DNA of 60,000 nt, from positions 6,574,001 through 6,634,000 of the forward strand of contig CM119371.1 of assembly GCA_051294905.1 (NCBI GenBank). The letters run 5' to 3'. Below, in pieces: positions 25,290 through 37,757 of the stretch (position 1 is the first letter of the stretch; every line of letters begins with the position of its first letter). This stretch comes from Botryllus schlosseri. Taxonomy: Eukaryota. Made by a program: the position numbers and the translations under genes. The notes under the pieces were generated by a model. That model had not been told where the DNA came from, did not search any database, and saw nothing but the letters and a program-made list of their open reading frames with translations.

Positions 25290-26570
25290 TTCAAATCTTA
25301 ATTAGGGATTGAATCGTGTTGATCGATCAGAGAGAAGAAAACATGGTGGTGCCTGTATGACAATGCTGTTCTCAAATCCACATTGTTTTCGTCACTTTTT
25401 AAATACATTCATTAAATACGATTTATTCCCTGTGTATGTGGATAAATGGGCGAATAATGTTTCGATTCAGCAATCCGGCCCGCCAAGTATTTAATTTTCC
25501 TATATCCGGCCCGTCGACTGAAGAAGTTGCCCGCCCCTGCCCTATATGTTTATGTGCAGTCTTTACTGGGGGTTTGTAAGTCCAACATGCAGCCAGAGAG
25601 TTCAAAGAACTTGTATCGACCACGGATTGACTTTAACAGCTATTGAAGTACGTTACTAAATTCATTGACTACTGTTTTTGGTCTCTATGCTTCACGCTCA
25701 AAGTTTGTATTAAATACGATTTGTACCTTGTATAGGTGGATAAAGACGCGATTGATGTATCGATTCAGCAATCCGGCCCGCCAAGTACTTTATTTTTCCA
25801 TTTCCGGACCGCCGAACGGAGAAGTTGCCCTCCCGGGTTCGGAATGTTCACCGCATATTAATCAGGTCGATAACTTGCTAGATTCCCAATCTCGTGCTTT
25901 CAATACAGTTTATTTTTACAAACAGTAGACAAGTAACAAACCCAGTTATGTCCGATTCATTACGCTGAAGATGACGAGAATTTACTCTTACGCAGTTGTA
26001 AGCAACAGATAGGACAAAGGCTGAGAGACATTGAATTCCTGGACTCTCTTCTGAGTAAATACTACTCAAAGCTTGTACACTGTCCATTCTCAGTTATTGA
26101 TCCTCAACCTACTTGTTCCTTTTTGCACATAAGATACATTCCGTATTAGCTTACCTGGTTCATTATCTCATTTAAATAACCATTTACCCTGGTTGCGGCT
26201 GACACGAATATCGTCGTGATCATATCCGCGGTACCAGTCAATACCGATAAATCACTGTTTGTGTTTGTTAAATATTGCACCAGTCGTGCCTAAAATTTAG
26301 TGATGATATACTTATAGAAACCTGCTCTTCCAAAGCATCAGGTCCAGCAAACAACAGCTCAATACCATCCAAACCACTGAGGCAATGTGAAGATGTCAAA
26401 CTAGCTGTAGTAACTAGAGCGAAAGAATCCAAACTTCTGTACAATCATCTGTAGCCTACATAGTAAGTATTAGAATGTGCGATCTAAATTGCTCTCATCC
26501 CTAAGTCAAGAGAGGCCATATTTGGCTTTGCGAATAGTCAGGGTTAACATGTCTGCGAAAAGCAGTGGTA
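25290..26570 (+). mobile_element. Highly decayed CR1/L2-group LINE relic co-duplicated with the units
   Basis: RVDRSERRKHGGAC resembles the APE R.DR..R.GGGV motif and KFSDD the RT catalytic motif; 26470-26560 aligns to 442-538, 1062-1160 and 38250-38345. Confidence 0.5.
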
Positions 26571-26899
26571 CTTGTCCTTTTCATAGCCGTGGCCCAATTT
26601 CCATTATGCAAATATGCAATGACCCACCACTCGTCCTCAGTCTTCTTTTAGGCGGCAGCAATACGGCAGGTTTAGGCTTAGCAGTTCATATCAAATCATA
26701 GCAAGTTTTCATGAGCACGAGAATGGCAAATGTATGTATCGCAAGCTTGGCTCGTTTCAAACTATACAGTTTTTCTGTAGCCTTTACAGGAAATCCAGAA
26801 ATTAAAGTGGAACATTTCCCAAATTAGTTTAGAGTCAGATTACTGGCATTTTCCTCGAATTAGTCGAATAAGTCAACTAAAACTATCCCGTTGTCTAAG

Positions 26900-29800
26900 T
26901 CTGTCTGTTACTTGGGGCCTGCAGTGCGCTTCGCCTGGTCACTAGATGTCGACAAAGTGAAGGAGGCGCTTTTCGTAATGAGTTCTCCCTCGTCAAATTT
27001 GAAATTTTGTTGGTGCCAGATTCCGTCGTCGTGACAACCTGCAACCCAGGGATGGAGTCTGGGGTTTGAATTTTACGAATTTTTCGTTTGACTGAGCCAC
27101 CAAATATTTACTCGCTTTGGAACGTCGAACAGGACTGGGCCGGTTCACGTCCTCCTCGATCTGCAAAATACAGTAGGGGGTCAGTCAATATTAGTATTGG
27201 AATCACGGGGTTTCAAGGTATATTTCTGATCCCGATCCCGCGATTAACTCTATTGAAATCCCTGAATATCGAGAAAGCATCTATCAGAGCTCAAGTAGCG
27301 CTTATTCTATTCTTAAAACAGCGTTACAATATAAGCTGACTGCAACTATGACACAACAATGAACTACGCCAGTGGTCTTCAATCTTTTTCGTAATGGTAC
27401 ACCATTAGGTCACTCAAAACTTGTCCACCACATTTAACATAATACATTGAATCCATAAAATCATAATCAGAAGAGGGATGGGTTTCGGCTGCAACCTATC
27501 GGAAATTCTAATGCAAGAAACTAATTAGAGCTCTGGATTACCAGATCACAATATAACAGTGGTGAATATAATTTGTGATATTGGAAACTAGGGTAGATTA
27601 TCTGAAGCAGTTTTGCTTCATAACTTATGAAACTTTGTAGGTTACATCAGCCGGACGGGCGTTAGAGACATGATATCAAACTCTGCCAGCTCATTTTAAT
27701 TGACTGCAAGCCATGTAGTCAATGGGTCGACCTATTGATACAAACTTTTTGCTGTAACGGGCTGTTTCGTTGAGGTTTGCGGATCAACTGCAAATTTTTG
27801 AATAGAAAGGCCAAAAAGACTGATCATAATCAGAAACCGCTCAAACGATGACATGATTTTGCGTCGGTGAATTACTGTATCTTTGCTAATCTCGGGGTTA
27901 AGGAGTAAAAATCCCAATAATGAGATTTAAATTTTAATCCCAACATCACCTCTAAAAATTCGCCATCTTCCGTGGGTCCTGCACTTATTTTGGCATCCCA
28001 TCTAGGAAGATACTTTTCAAATCTCCTTAAGTAGGTTTGCTCTACTTCTACAACTACCTCCAGTGGCTCGTTTTTCCACTCTTACACTTCTACTGAACAG
28101 ATTTGTAGGAAAAACTAGTTGCTCGTTACACTTTGGATCTCGTGGGAAAAACTTTTGTGATACTTGCAATTCTTACTCGAGTGGTAACAATTTCAAACTA
28201 CTTCCATTAAAGTTTTTTTTGCAAACTAGGCCTAGAATAATTAACTTTTTCACTAATTTTGAAATTCCTACTTCTACTTGTAGCCTACTTGAGTAGAAAT
28301 TTACAACACTGCTTAGCCTCTTATTTGAGTGGCAGCGATGAATACCTTGATATCTGCTCACGAAACAGCAATCTCGATTCAACCCCAACCTTCACCCACA
28401 TTCGTCACTCACCTGCTTACATCGGGATCGACCGACTTTTCCCTGTGGGCACCAACACCAACGGTCGGACCTGGAGCACTTTCTAGTTGATAACCGCACG
28501 TTGCTGGGTCGATCCTGACCAGTTCGGTGGTGGGCCAGGAATCCTTCCCGAATGAGGGGGACTCTGGAATAAAAGGGATTCTGTTTCTAGGGAAACATGA
28601 AACAATCTGGAGGCTATTACATGATACGTTCGAATCATTACGCAGTTAAAATAGATATCTCCTGGTTTCGAGAGTGTATTTATGACTGGTTTTCAAATCT
28701 AGTTATATAATTCAGTAGTTTGAAACACCACAAATTCTACTGCTACCTGAAGTAGGCATCTTATTGGTTGCTTGGAAAATCAATACTATTACTATTACTT
28801 GAGTGAAATATGCACCTCCTTGACTACTTTGACAACTTCTGATCATGCATGCAGACTGGGGTTGTTTAGAAATAGCCTAAACTTTTTTTTCGAATTCCGA
28901 GGATTCACTGATTATATTGCTAGGTTGCCTTAAAATCGCTCCACAAAAATTTGGCTCGATTCCAGCTAGTGAAAGCCGACGTAGAGCCATTGAAATTATG
29001 GAAATGATTGTATTTTTATTCATATTTTACTGTAAACGCCATACAATTGTTAAGTTGCTTAAAAGAACAATGCATAACAATTTTTCTCAATTCAAGCTGG
29101 TAGAAGCAAAGTTACCGCAGTTGAAAGTTTTAGATTTGCAAAAATAGCATTGATGGTGAGTAATCACGGAATTATTAATGAAAAACTCAATTAACTTCTC
29201 TTTTACGGGTTGGAATTGCTTCAAATCTGTTTTGCAACTTTCAGTAGACAACTCAATATTTAATGAGGTTCACGGCAAAAAAATAAAATTCCAATAAATA
29301 CCTTGATGAATTTCAATCGACTTTGCCTCGACTTCTACTGGCAGGAATTGAGCCAAATTTGGTGCGCAGCATTTTTTTAGGCAACCTAACATTCTAATCA
29401 GTTGTTTTTTTGCGACTATTTCGCGACCACTAAAAGGCTTTACCCCCGTCCAAAATTACTGGAAATCAGTGAGCCATATTTGATATCCATGATTTCTTTG
29501 TCAGTTCGCAACGAGTAAATGCTGGATGTAGGATTATGTAGGTTGTAAATTCATGGTGCGCTGATGTTAGGGAAGATAACATGTTGGTATGAAAATTCAC
29601 GGGATTCCACTTGATTCATTTAAAACTGATATTGTCTACATGCGGACAGAATGTTTGGTATATATTTCTATATTGTCACCAATTCTGGTTGTGGCACAAA
29701 ATTGCACAAAAACTCACCCGAAGTCATCACGATTCCTGGAAATCTCAATGTTGAGATCTTGTCTTTCGGCGGGTGACCAAAGCCTGAAATAAAATCTCAA

Positions 29801-31284
29801 AATTACACAGCCGATAAAATAGACTTCAACACTAAAATTGAACAGTGGTTCGATCAGCCACCTTGAACTGTATAGAGCACAAAAATGTCAGAAATTACTT
29901 ACTTTTGGTGTAGAAAATATGTTGGTGCCCACAGGGAAGTGGTTCACTTTGGTTTATTCGTTCCATCTTTACAACGAGGGCTAGACAAAATCGAGAACCT
30001 GAGTGATTCGATTCTGAATTACGTATTATGCTTCGAGTCGAGTATTCGAGTTTTACTCATTATGATGTCATAACAGAACGTAATATGTCAAAGTTCAAAT
30101 ATGTACCCTTTATGTCTACTGATTTCATTGCACTTTGTGACAATGTTATGGGATGATCATGACTACGGAATTATGTGTTTTTTCCAGTAACGTTTGTAGC
30201 TCTGTACTATGTCTCGTATGCTGCGACACAGCCAATCAACGTTTCATGGCTTCCATAATGGAAATCAGTATCGAAACTATAATTCTCGTTGATAGATTAA
30301 CTTTCAGTTGCGAGGAGCGTATCATCTCAGTATTCGAAAAGATCGTATTTTGCTACTCTATTTACGACATTACAGAGACGTCACAGTGCCAGTTTATACA
30401 ATTTAGGAAGATTTGGTTGTTCATTAAACTCTGGCCTGTGCCCAATGTCACATCAACGATTTAATCAAGTACAGGTATCTCATAAAAGAGTTTAACCACG
30501 ATCACGATCAGCACTAATGAATATAGATACATGCATGAATGTATGCTTTTCAACGGGGTTTCAAGAACATGCAGCACGGGCAAGGATAGCTATTAGCCAA
30601 CATCAATTGTTCTATTAGCAGTCACTTGCGGTTCAATCGGTTTCTATAAAACGGGATAGTAACTTAAGTGTAGGAGTCAATTGAAAACTGACAACCTCCG
30701 GATATCGTCATTATTATTGTAATGTTATAGTAATATTATGTCCATGTTCATCCTAATTGTGGCTTGAAAATATGCTGCCAAATAAAACTCACCTTGAATG
30801 ATATTTGGTGAACTTGCTGGAAAGTTGCAACTTGCTTGACTCTGATCCAAAGAAAATCCATGCCTGTGATGATAACGAAAAAATACCTAGGGTTAGAAAC
30901 GATTCAAATTCAAACTTTACCGTCTGCAGTCCCAATGTGTTGATACTTGTTATTACAGATAAAAAAATAAGATCGTTATTAATGATTACGTTTGTTGTGA
31001 ATAATTTTTATCATTTCAAAACACCCCAACACTAATGATGTCGGATTTGATCGTTTGCCTTCAATTTAACAAAATCATTTGTACAATGATAACTTTAGAA
31101 TTACTCACTTTCATCTCCCGGGTAAAATTATCTCACGTTGATGCATGTCAGATTCCAACTGATTGACATCTGTTGAGATTGTCATGCCAACTTCTTTCAT
31201 CATCAAAGCCATTTCACATCCGACGACCAGACTAATAATGAAACGTTATCCTATATGATGATATGATGATATGAGTGCATTGCA
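26900..31284 (-). pseudogene. Unit B relic multi-exon transcript
   Basis: Exon-like blocks 31109-31284, 30793-30863, 29903-~30687 (MITE-interrupted) and 29718-29783, plus an acceptor at 27160, with AG/GT boundaries matching the other units. Confidence 0.5.
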
Positions 31285-32511
31285 CTGTAACAAAATGAAT
31301 AATGGTTATGAAAAGTAAAATTAATGAATCTATATACAATACAGGTTGCTCAAACCTGGCTTACGTAAACCTGGCTATCGTAGCAGCAGATGCGGTGTAT
31401 AGCGAGTTGCCAACAGTCGCCTCATACAAATATACTCGAAATGGTTCATGGTTGATTATGCACACAAATTTAGTATCTTGATCATGGATAGCAAAAACTG
31501 CTGACAGTTTTCGAATCAGCGCCCCCAAACTCATCAAAAACAATAAAATAACAAAATGGAGAAAAATTTCATCTGCTCTTATTAGGCCTACATTATGTGA
31601 TCACTATTAATCCACGATCCTCATAAAGTAAGATAAGCAATTATGCATATAAACTAGTAACCCAAGATCAATTTGGAAGCACATACTGTTGTGAGTATAC
31701 CTTTTGAAGGGTGAACAACTTGAGCAATTATCGTATGCGGCTCAACAAACAAACAAACACTCATATGAGATTTTCAAAGTAGCAAGTGGCAACACCTTTA
31801 TTCGCAAACAATAAAATTGTTGTATACAGTTCATAACCGTTAAACAGTGGCAGCAATGACGATATAAGTTGGCATATTCTATGCTCCCTTTGATTCAGTC
31901 GAAGTCTGGCGTTATCCCTGCATATGCGTTGGAGTTACATACATACATACAAGACATTTAATTGAAAATGCGGACGTTGGAATTTGGTTTATTATTATTA
32001 CATCGGGAATCCTGTTATTGTCATGTCTGGGGACCTATTGGGTCGAAAGTGACACCACAGTGCGTCCATAGATATGTCAAATATATATTCGTGCAACTAA
32101 TATATTTTCCCTTTCCATGACTACTTTTCGGTCCATATTTCTATAAAACTCTGAACTGAACTTCTTGAAATTGGATGTCAATTTCACCGACTTATTGTTA
32201 CTAGTGATAACTAGAGTAAAGCTACAGCATTGCAGTCGGGTGGTTATAATGGGGTCGATCAACATGGAAGTATTTCCTGAAAAAAATCTGAACATTTGTT
32301 ACATAGGCTATGTGCCGGAATTTTGATTCGTGGACGGATGAAATCATCTGGCCGGCCGTAGTTTTGACACCCCCGGCCTACAGTAATCAGTACGTTCCAA
32401 ACTCCAGAAATTTCAGGACTCAGCTGCATACTTGTACAAACTACCAATCTCGATGGTTGACGGTAAAGAGTAGCTCTAGTGCCAGATTTTGGAAAAGCAA
32501 GTAATTCTAGT

Positions 32512-33149
32512 CAGACTTGGACAACTAGTATCTACGGTGAGCAGGGATATGGGTTGGGACCATGAAACTTTTATGTAATGCATATTTCATTGTGGAATAA
32601 GTTTTAAATTTAAAATCAAGCTTTTTATCAACCGCACTCCTTAAAAGCACATTTCACAAGAATTTTTTTTTGTGTGGGCCGTATCCTACAGACATTTTCA
32701 AGCCCGTCCCCCCCATTTTTTTTTCATCCGTAACTTTTTTTTCATTGAGTTTAGGGCGAAACAGTGGGTTTTATTGAATTCCTTGGCCCCAGAATTGGTT
32801 AATTGGACATTTTAATTGGTTCTCTACCATCATTTAAGCGAAAAATATCGATTTCAAAGATTTTTGAAAGTAGCGCCACCTAGTGACGAGAGGATTTTAA
32901 ATCGCAATATCTTTTGAACCGCTGAACATTTTTCAATTTTTTTTTTTTAATAAACTTGGAATTCATAAAAGAACAACATTTGTAAATATTGGACAATTCT
33001 GAGAGTATGCATTACAAATCTCAAAAAATTTGCTAAATCATAATGGAATTAGCCTAATTCTAATTCTAATTTAATTTGGAAAAATTGTGAAGTTCTAATT
33101 CTAATTCTAATCTAGTTCGAAAAAGCTGAAAATTCCAAGTCCAAGTCTG
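32512..33149. mobile_element. TTAGAA-family hAT MITE just downstream of KLHL copy 2
   Basis: CAGACTTGGACAACTAG...CCAAGTCTG; TSD ATTCTAGT/ATTCTGGT. Confidence 0.75.
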
Positions 33150-33342
33150 ATTCTGGTGTTGTCGTTTGGTGTGAATCGTGATACTGATGCTCCAAAAACC
33201 GTCCATTTAACATTCTCAAACCCGTTTTTTTAAAGGCATATTCTATTACCAACTCAGTAATTTGCATTTCAAGTACTGCAGTCTTTATGGAACTGAAAAT
33301 CCATTTTTGTACCAGTCTGCTCAGCCGAGTTATGAGTGCAAT

Positions 33343-34971
33343 CTAACTCTTCACAAATATGGATGTGTAAATTCGACAACATTCATCTACATTTGGTTTC
33401 ACTTTGGTCCATTTGTCTTGAGATATATTATACTTTTCAATTTCATCAGAGGTTTCGTAATCTGTTACTGCAAAAATCCACTTGTCAATGTGATAAGCAG
33501 AAACTCGATAATGACAAGCATTCATAGAAGATAATGAAGTCCACTGAGCTGAAGTAACATCGTAACATTCTACGTTGTTGACTGGGTATTCTCCACTCTC
33601 TCCACCGATAACAAATATCTTCTGATCAACTGCAACAACACCACTCTCATAAACAGGATATCTAATTGGTTCGAGATCAACCCACTCTGATGAGGATGGA
33701 GTGAATCTGCAGAATGAAGAAAGTTCGATACCATCTTGTCCTTCACCTCCGATACAATAGATGGAGTCATTCAATGATACGAGACTTGCATCACATATCG
33801 CTGCAGGTTTATCTGCTAATTGAATCCATTGATTCACGAGGGAAGTAAATATTTCCACATAACTTGTTGCTTCATTATAACTTCCTCCAACAACAAATAT
33901 TGATCCCAACAATGAAACTGAGCGAGGATACCACCCATGATCACAAACCATATCTTTTATCCTTTCCCATTTTGGATTTTTGCACCGAAAATTGAGTCGA
34001 TGAACTGATTTATTCCAACATAAGACGTAGATATACGAGTCTAACGAAATCGCCGAGAAATCTTTCAAATTCCTAAACTTCTCTTCATGAAGATTCTCTA
34101 CCTTTTCAGCTAATGGATTGAAGGATCGGATACAATCTGTGTCATCATCAAAAAGAATAATCAATTCATCCTTGCCAATTTTTTCATTCTTTTTGTGTGA
34201 TGCTTTTGGAGCTTCTAAAAGATGTCTGGTGATCAACTTGTACAGTCCTAAGTCGTTATTGATAATTTGGTTTGATTTCAAAAGACGTTCTAAAAATGCC
34301 GGAGAGACTTTATCAAACTTGATTGCTTCGAGACATTCGTGCAAATATTCCTTATTTTTCCGATTTTTCTCGACCCAATTAAACAACAGCGTAAGTTTTT
34401 CTTCTTGGCATAACTTTGACTTTTCCGACATCACAAATTTGAGGATTTTAGATTTTTCAATATTTCCAAATTCAGGTTGGTTTGAAATTTCCATGATATT
34501 TTCATGAAAAAATGCTTGACATCGTGCAGAGACGGCATCCAGTCCATACATATCGGCGACATTTCTTGTGGGAAAGTAATTCTCTACATTAATTGATTCC
34601 TCCAAAACATCAGATACCGCCTGTTTCACGTCTTCCAGTTGCATCATGATCGCGACATGGAGAAGATCGTTCATCTTTTCATCAGGAATCTCAAATTTGC
34701 CCGAATATATGAAATCGATGCAGTTTTTCACACACTTAGAATCGACCTCTTTCAAAACAACTTTTCCTTCACGACTCTCTTTAGTGTCGTGTTTCAACAT
34801 AGCTTTGAAATAAGCACTACCGGCCGACAATACATTCTTGTGAGTGTGATAGACATCATCTCCCACTTGAATTATGAAATCACAATGATCGTTATCTTGC
34901 TTCATTCGATGTAATTCTTCCATCATCTCCACTGAATGTTTCTCTACATTTGTACACACAATCTGCACCAT
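33343..34971 (-). CDS. Kelch-like BTB-BACK-Kelch protein, copy 2 (542 aa, single coding exon)
   Basis: Ungapped paralog of 17484-19112. The first ATG is at 34971; the ORF-track start at 34980 is a TTG. Confidence 0.93.
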   Translation of the reverse strand: MVQIVCTNVEKHSVEMMEELHRMKQDNDHCDFIIQVGDDVYHTHKNVLSAGSAYFKAMLKHDTKESREGKVVLKEVDSKCVKNCIDFIYSGKFEIPDEKMNDLLHVAIMMQLEDVKQAVSDVLEESINVENYFPTRNVADMYGLDAVSARCQAFFHENIMEISNQPEFGNIEKSKILKFVMSEKSKLCQEEKLTLLFNWVEKNRKNKEYLHECLEAIKFDKVSPAFLERLLKSNQIINNDLGLYKLITRHLLEAPKASHKKNEKIGKDELIILFDDDTDCIRSFNPLAEKVENLHEEKFRNLKDFSAISLDSYIYVLCWNKSVHRLNFRCKNPKWERIKDMVCDHGWYPRSVSLLGSIFVVGGSYNEATSYVEIFTSLVNQWIQLADKPAAICDASLVSLNDSIYCIGGEGQDGIELSSFCRFTPSSSEWVDLEPIRYPVYESGVVAVDQKIFVIGGESGEYPVNNVECYDVTSAQWTSLSSMNACHYRVSAYHIDKWIFAVTDYETSDEIEKYNISQDKWTKVKPNVDECCRIYTSIFVKS

Positions 34972-35153
34972 GATTGTCAATCAACCACGATATATAGGCT
35001 AATTATCCTAGGATTATTATTGTACAGTAGCACTGTTATTGAAGTAAAGATAATTCTCAAGCAATGCCTGTTAAGCTGTTGGAAGAATCATACTACTAAT
35101 CAACGCCACGAGTATGAATCGAAGGAAAGTCAACTGCAAACAAGGCACTAAAC

Positions 35154-35641
35154 CAGGGATTCTCAAAGGATGGGCCATGGCTCACCGGTGGACCACAGGA
35201 GTAATTTTAGGTGAGCCACAGAGCTATTTGGAAAATTGTACAATTAGTGAAAGTTTAGTTTTATTTGTTATATTCATATATTCAAAATATAGTCATGTTA
35301 TCGGATTATACGCATGCTACATAATGCTTTTTATCCGTCTCTGATCAGTCACAATGTACAGTCGACATAGCAGGGGAAATTGTGGCTTTTCTTCCTCCGG
35401 CTATGACAACCTACGGCCAACAGCAACGAAAATAATTGCAATTAGATAATAACTGGACGTTAATTCTGAAATAACCAAGTATTCCGGCCGGGTCATACAC
35501 CGTATGCCCTTGAAATGTGCATGCATTGAACTAAGACTGAAGCGCATTACCACACATTCAACATGACCGTCTATAATAGGTTGGCCTTAGGACATTTTAG
35601 AAGCGGAAAATGTGCCACAGTCAAAAATGGCCAAGAACCTG
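35154..35641. mobile_element. hAT-type MITE upstream of KLHL copy 2
   Basis: CAGGGATTCTC...AAGAACCTG flanked by perfect TSD CACTAAAC at 35146-35153 and 35642-35649. Confidence 0.7.
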
Positions 35642-35945
35642 CACTAAACAGTTAACCAGTATTGCGACTTGCACAGATGATTGCATCCTCTAACCAAAAA
35701 TGGGTGAAAGCATCGTCCTAGATTGATACCAGTACCTTTTTCTTACATAATTCAATCGAGCCCTTGACTGTATAACTTATTATATGGTAAAAGTGTGGAT
35801 TTTTATATGACATGGAAAAGTAATATGGCTAAATTCGTGAAAATTTACATATTTTGGGCATATGTCGTAGAGCAAAAAGTTCACGTGATCAAAAAAACAG
35901 TGGCACTTTTGGAATCAGCAAGCGAAATTTTGCCTATATCAAGTG

Positions 35946-36281
35946 CAAGGAAGGAAAGGACGTAGTTTATTTTTGTCCTTGATGTTTTTGCGGCATATAC
36001 ACCGACTCATGATATACATACACACGATCTGCGCATATGCATACCATGAGTGCATGATGTGCATATGCCGCTGGACAAGGAAGTGCAGATATAGCCTTTA
36101 CGACTTTCTAAGTCATGCACCACCCCTCCATGCTATCCCAGTAATGCATGAGCGCCAAGCAGGGAAGCCATGGATACCAGTGTTACTAATCAGGTCTTTG
36201 GTCTGACCCGGCCGGGAATCGAACCCACGACCTACCGATCAAGAAGCCGGACGCTTAACCATTACGCTATCTTGATCGGCT
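35946..36281 (-). mobile_element. tRNA-derived SINE (central region resembling the MetaSINE domain)
   Basis: Minus strand: A box TAGCGTAATGG, B box GGTTCGATTCC, then GGTCAGACCAAAGAC...GCTTCCCTGCTTGGCGCTCA, and a CCTT-type tail near 35946-35960. The family assignment is from memory of the consensus. Confidence 0.7.
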
Positions 36282-36979
36282 AGTCAACAAATTTTTCGTT
36301 CAAAATTATTGCCCAGTGTAATAACTGACTGTATCCTGAAGCTGTACAGTTACTCACGTATTTCATTAGCAGTTCTACGTGTACGTGAGGGATACAACGT
36401 CTTTTTGCATGTATATTTAACTGGATATTTGTTATTTGATTCAAGATACATGATCAATTAATGTCTTTCACACAGCTAGCAAAATGAAATGACTTTGAAT
36501 CATCACTTACACTTTGAAAATTATATTTGACTTGAATTGTGACTTCACTTGACTCGAGTGACCTCCAAAAAATGAGCGACTTGACTTGAATCGAGTCAGC
36601 TTTGAAAATCGATTGACTTGACTCGAGTCAAAATCTGCAATGACTTGAGATGACTCGAAGGTAGTGACTTCAGGCTTGATCCCAACACTGTTACTTTACT
36701 TGAAATTAACAAGTCATATTTTGAGCCAAGTCACGTAGTACGAAAAACTTGAGTCGTCCTAACACTGCCCTGCACTAAATCTAGTATAAAGACACAAGAA
36801 GTGTCACCTCTGAATCTGACTAATCTCAACTTTCAACTGTTGCTAAGGCTACTGCTTATGTTTACATCTCTCGTGGACAGTAGGTGTCGCTGTAAACAAA
36901 AACATCGATTATATTCAGATGGAACGCTCCGTCGCTCCGGTCTCCATGCCAGGGCCAGTGAGGAGCGACGCTGTATGTT

Positions 36980-37757
36980 GACCATAGTGTCCTATATGGT
37001 GTCGACACAGGCAAATCTCACGCCTCAGTGAAATTAATTCACGTCACAATTTCCATTTGGCTACAGGCAATTTGACGGTCATTTTTGACCGACTTGCCGA
37101 GCATTAAATTTGGTAAAAGGATATCAATCGAAAGCTGACTGTTTATATAGCTCAGAGGTGTCGACAGCTCGACACCTTATAGGACACTATGGTTTGACCT
37201 ACATGGTGCGGACACAGCGAGAGTGAATGGCTCGCTGCATTTGGGTTACGTCATACTTTCCATTTGACCAAATGCAACTTTACGGTCATTTTTGACCGGC
37301 TTTCCGTGCGTCAAATTCAATAAAACGGGTATCAATGGAAAGCTGCTTCTCTACTGATTACGAAAATATAAATATGATTCTGTTCAGCGTCCTGGAACCC
37401 CCGAAATGTGACTAGAAATTTTCATTGCTATCGAGTTTTTTCATTGTGACGCAACAGGACTATCTGGCTCTTCACTCTCGTTTTGCGAGACAGGATTGTT
37501 GCGTCACAATGCCAAAACTCGATCAGAATGCAAATTACTTGGCTGATTTTGAGGAGTTCCAGGACCATGAACAGAATAACATTTATATTTTCGTAATCAG
37601 TACAGCAGCTTTCCATTGATGCCCGTTTTATCGAATTTAGCGCTCGGCAAGCCGGTCGTAAATGGCCGTAAAGTTGCCTTTGGTCAAATGGAAAGCAAAT
37701 CCAAATGCAGAGAGCCGTTCACTCTCGCTGTGTCCACACCATATAGGACACCATGGT
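36980..37757. mobile_element. Foldback-type element(s) with long inverted arms
   Basis: ACCATAGTGTCCTATATGGTG is inverted at ~37175-37194 and ~37737-37757; the arms ~37198-37370 and ~37585-37748 are reverse complements. Confidence 0.7.

Noticed and set aside
34972..34980. N-terminal MTI extension of KLHL copies 2 and 3
   Set aside because: The track start is TTG and copy 1 has TCG there; the shared ATG gives 542 aa in all copies.
36205..36281. Functional tRNA gene
   Set aside because: A and B boxes are present, but the acceptor and anticodon stems pair poorly and the sequence runs into a SINE body.
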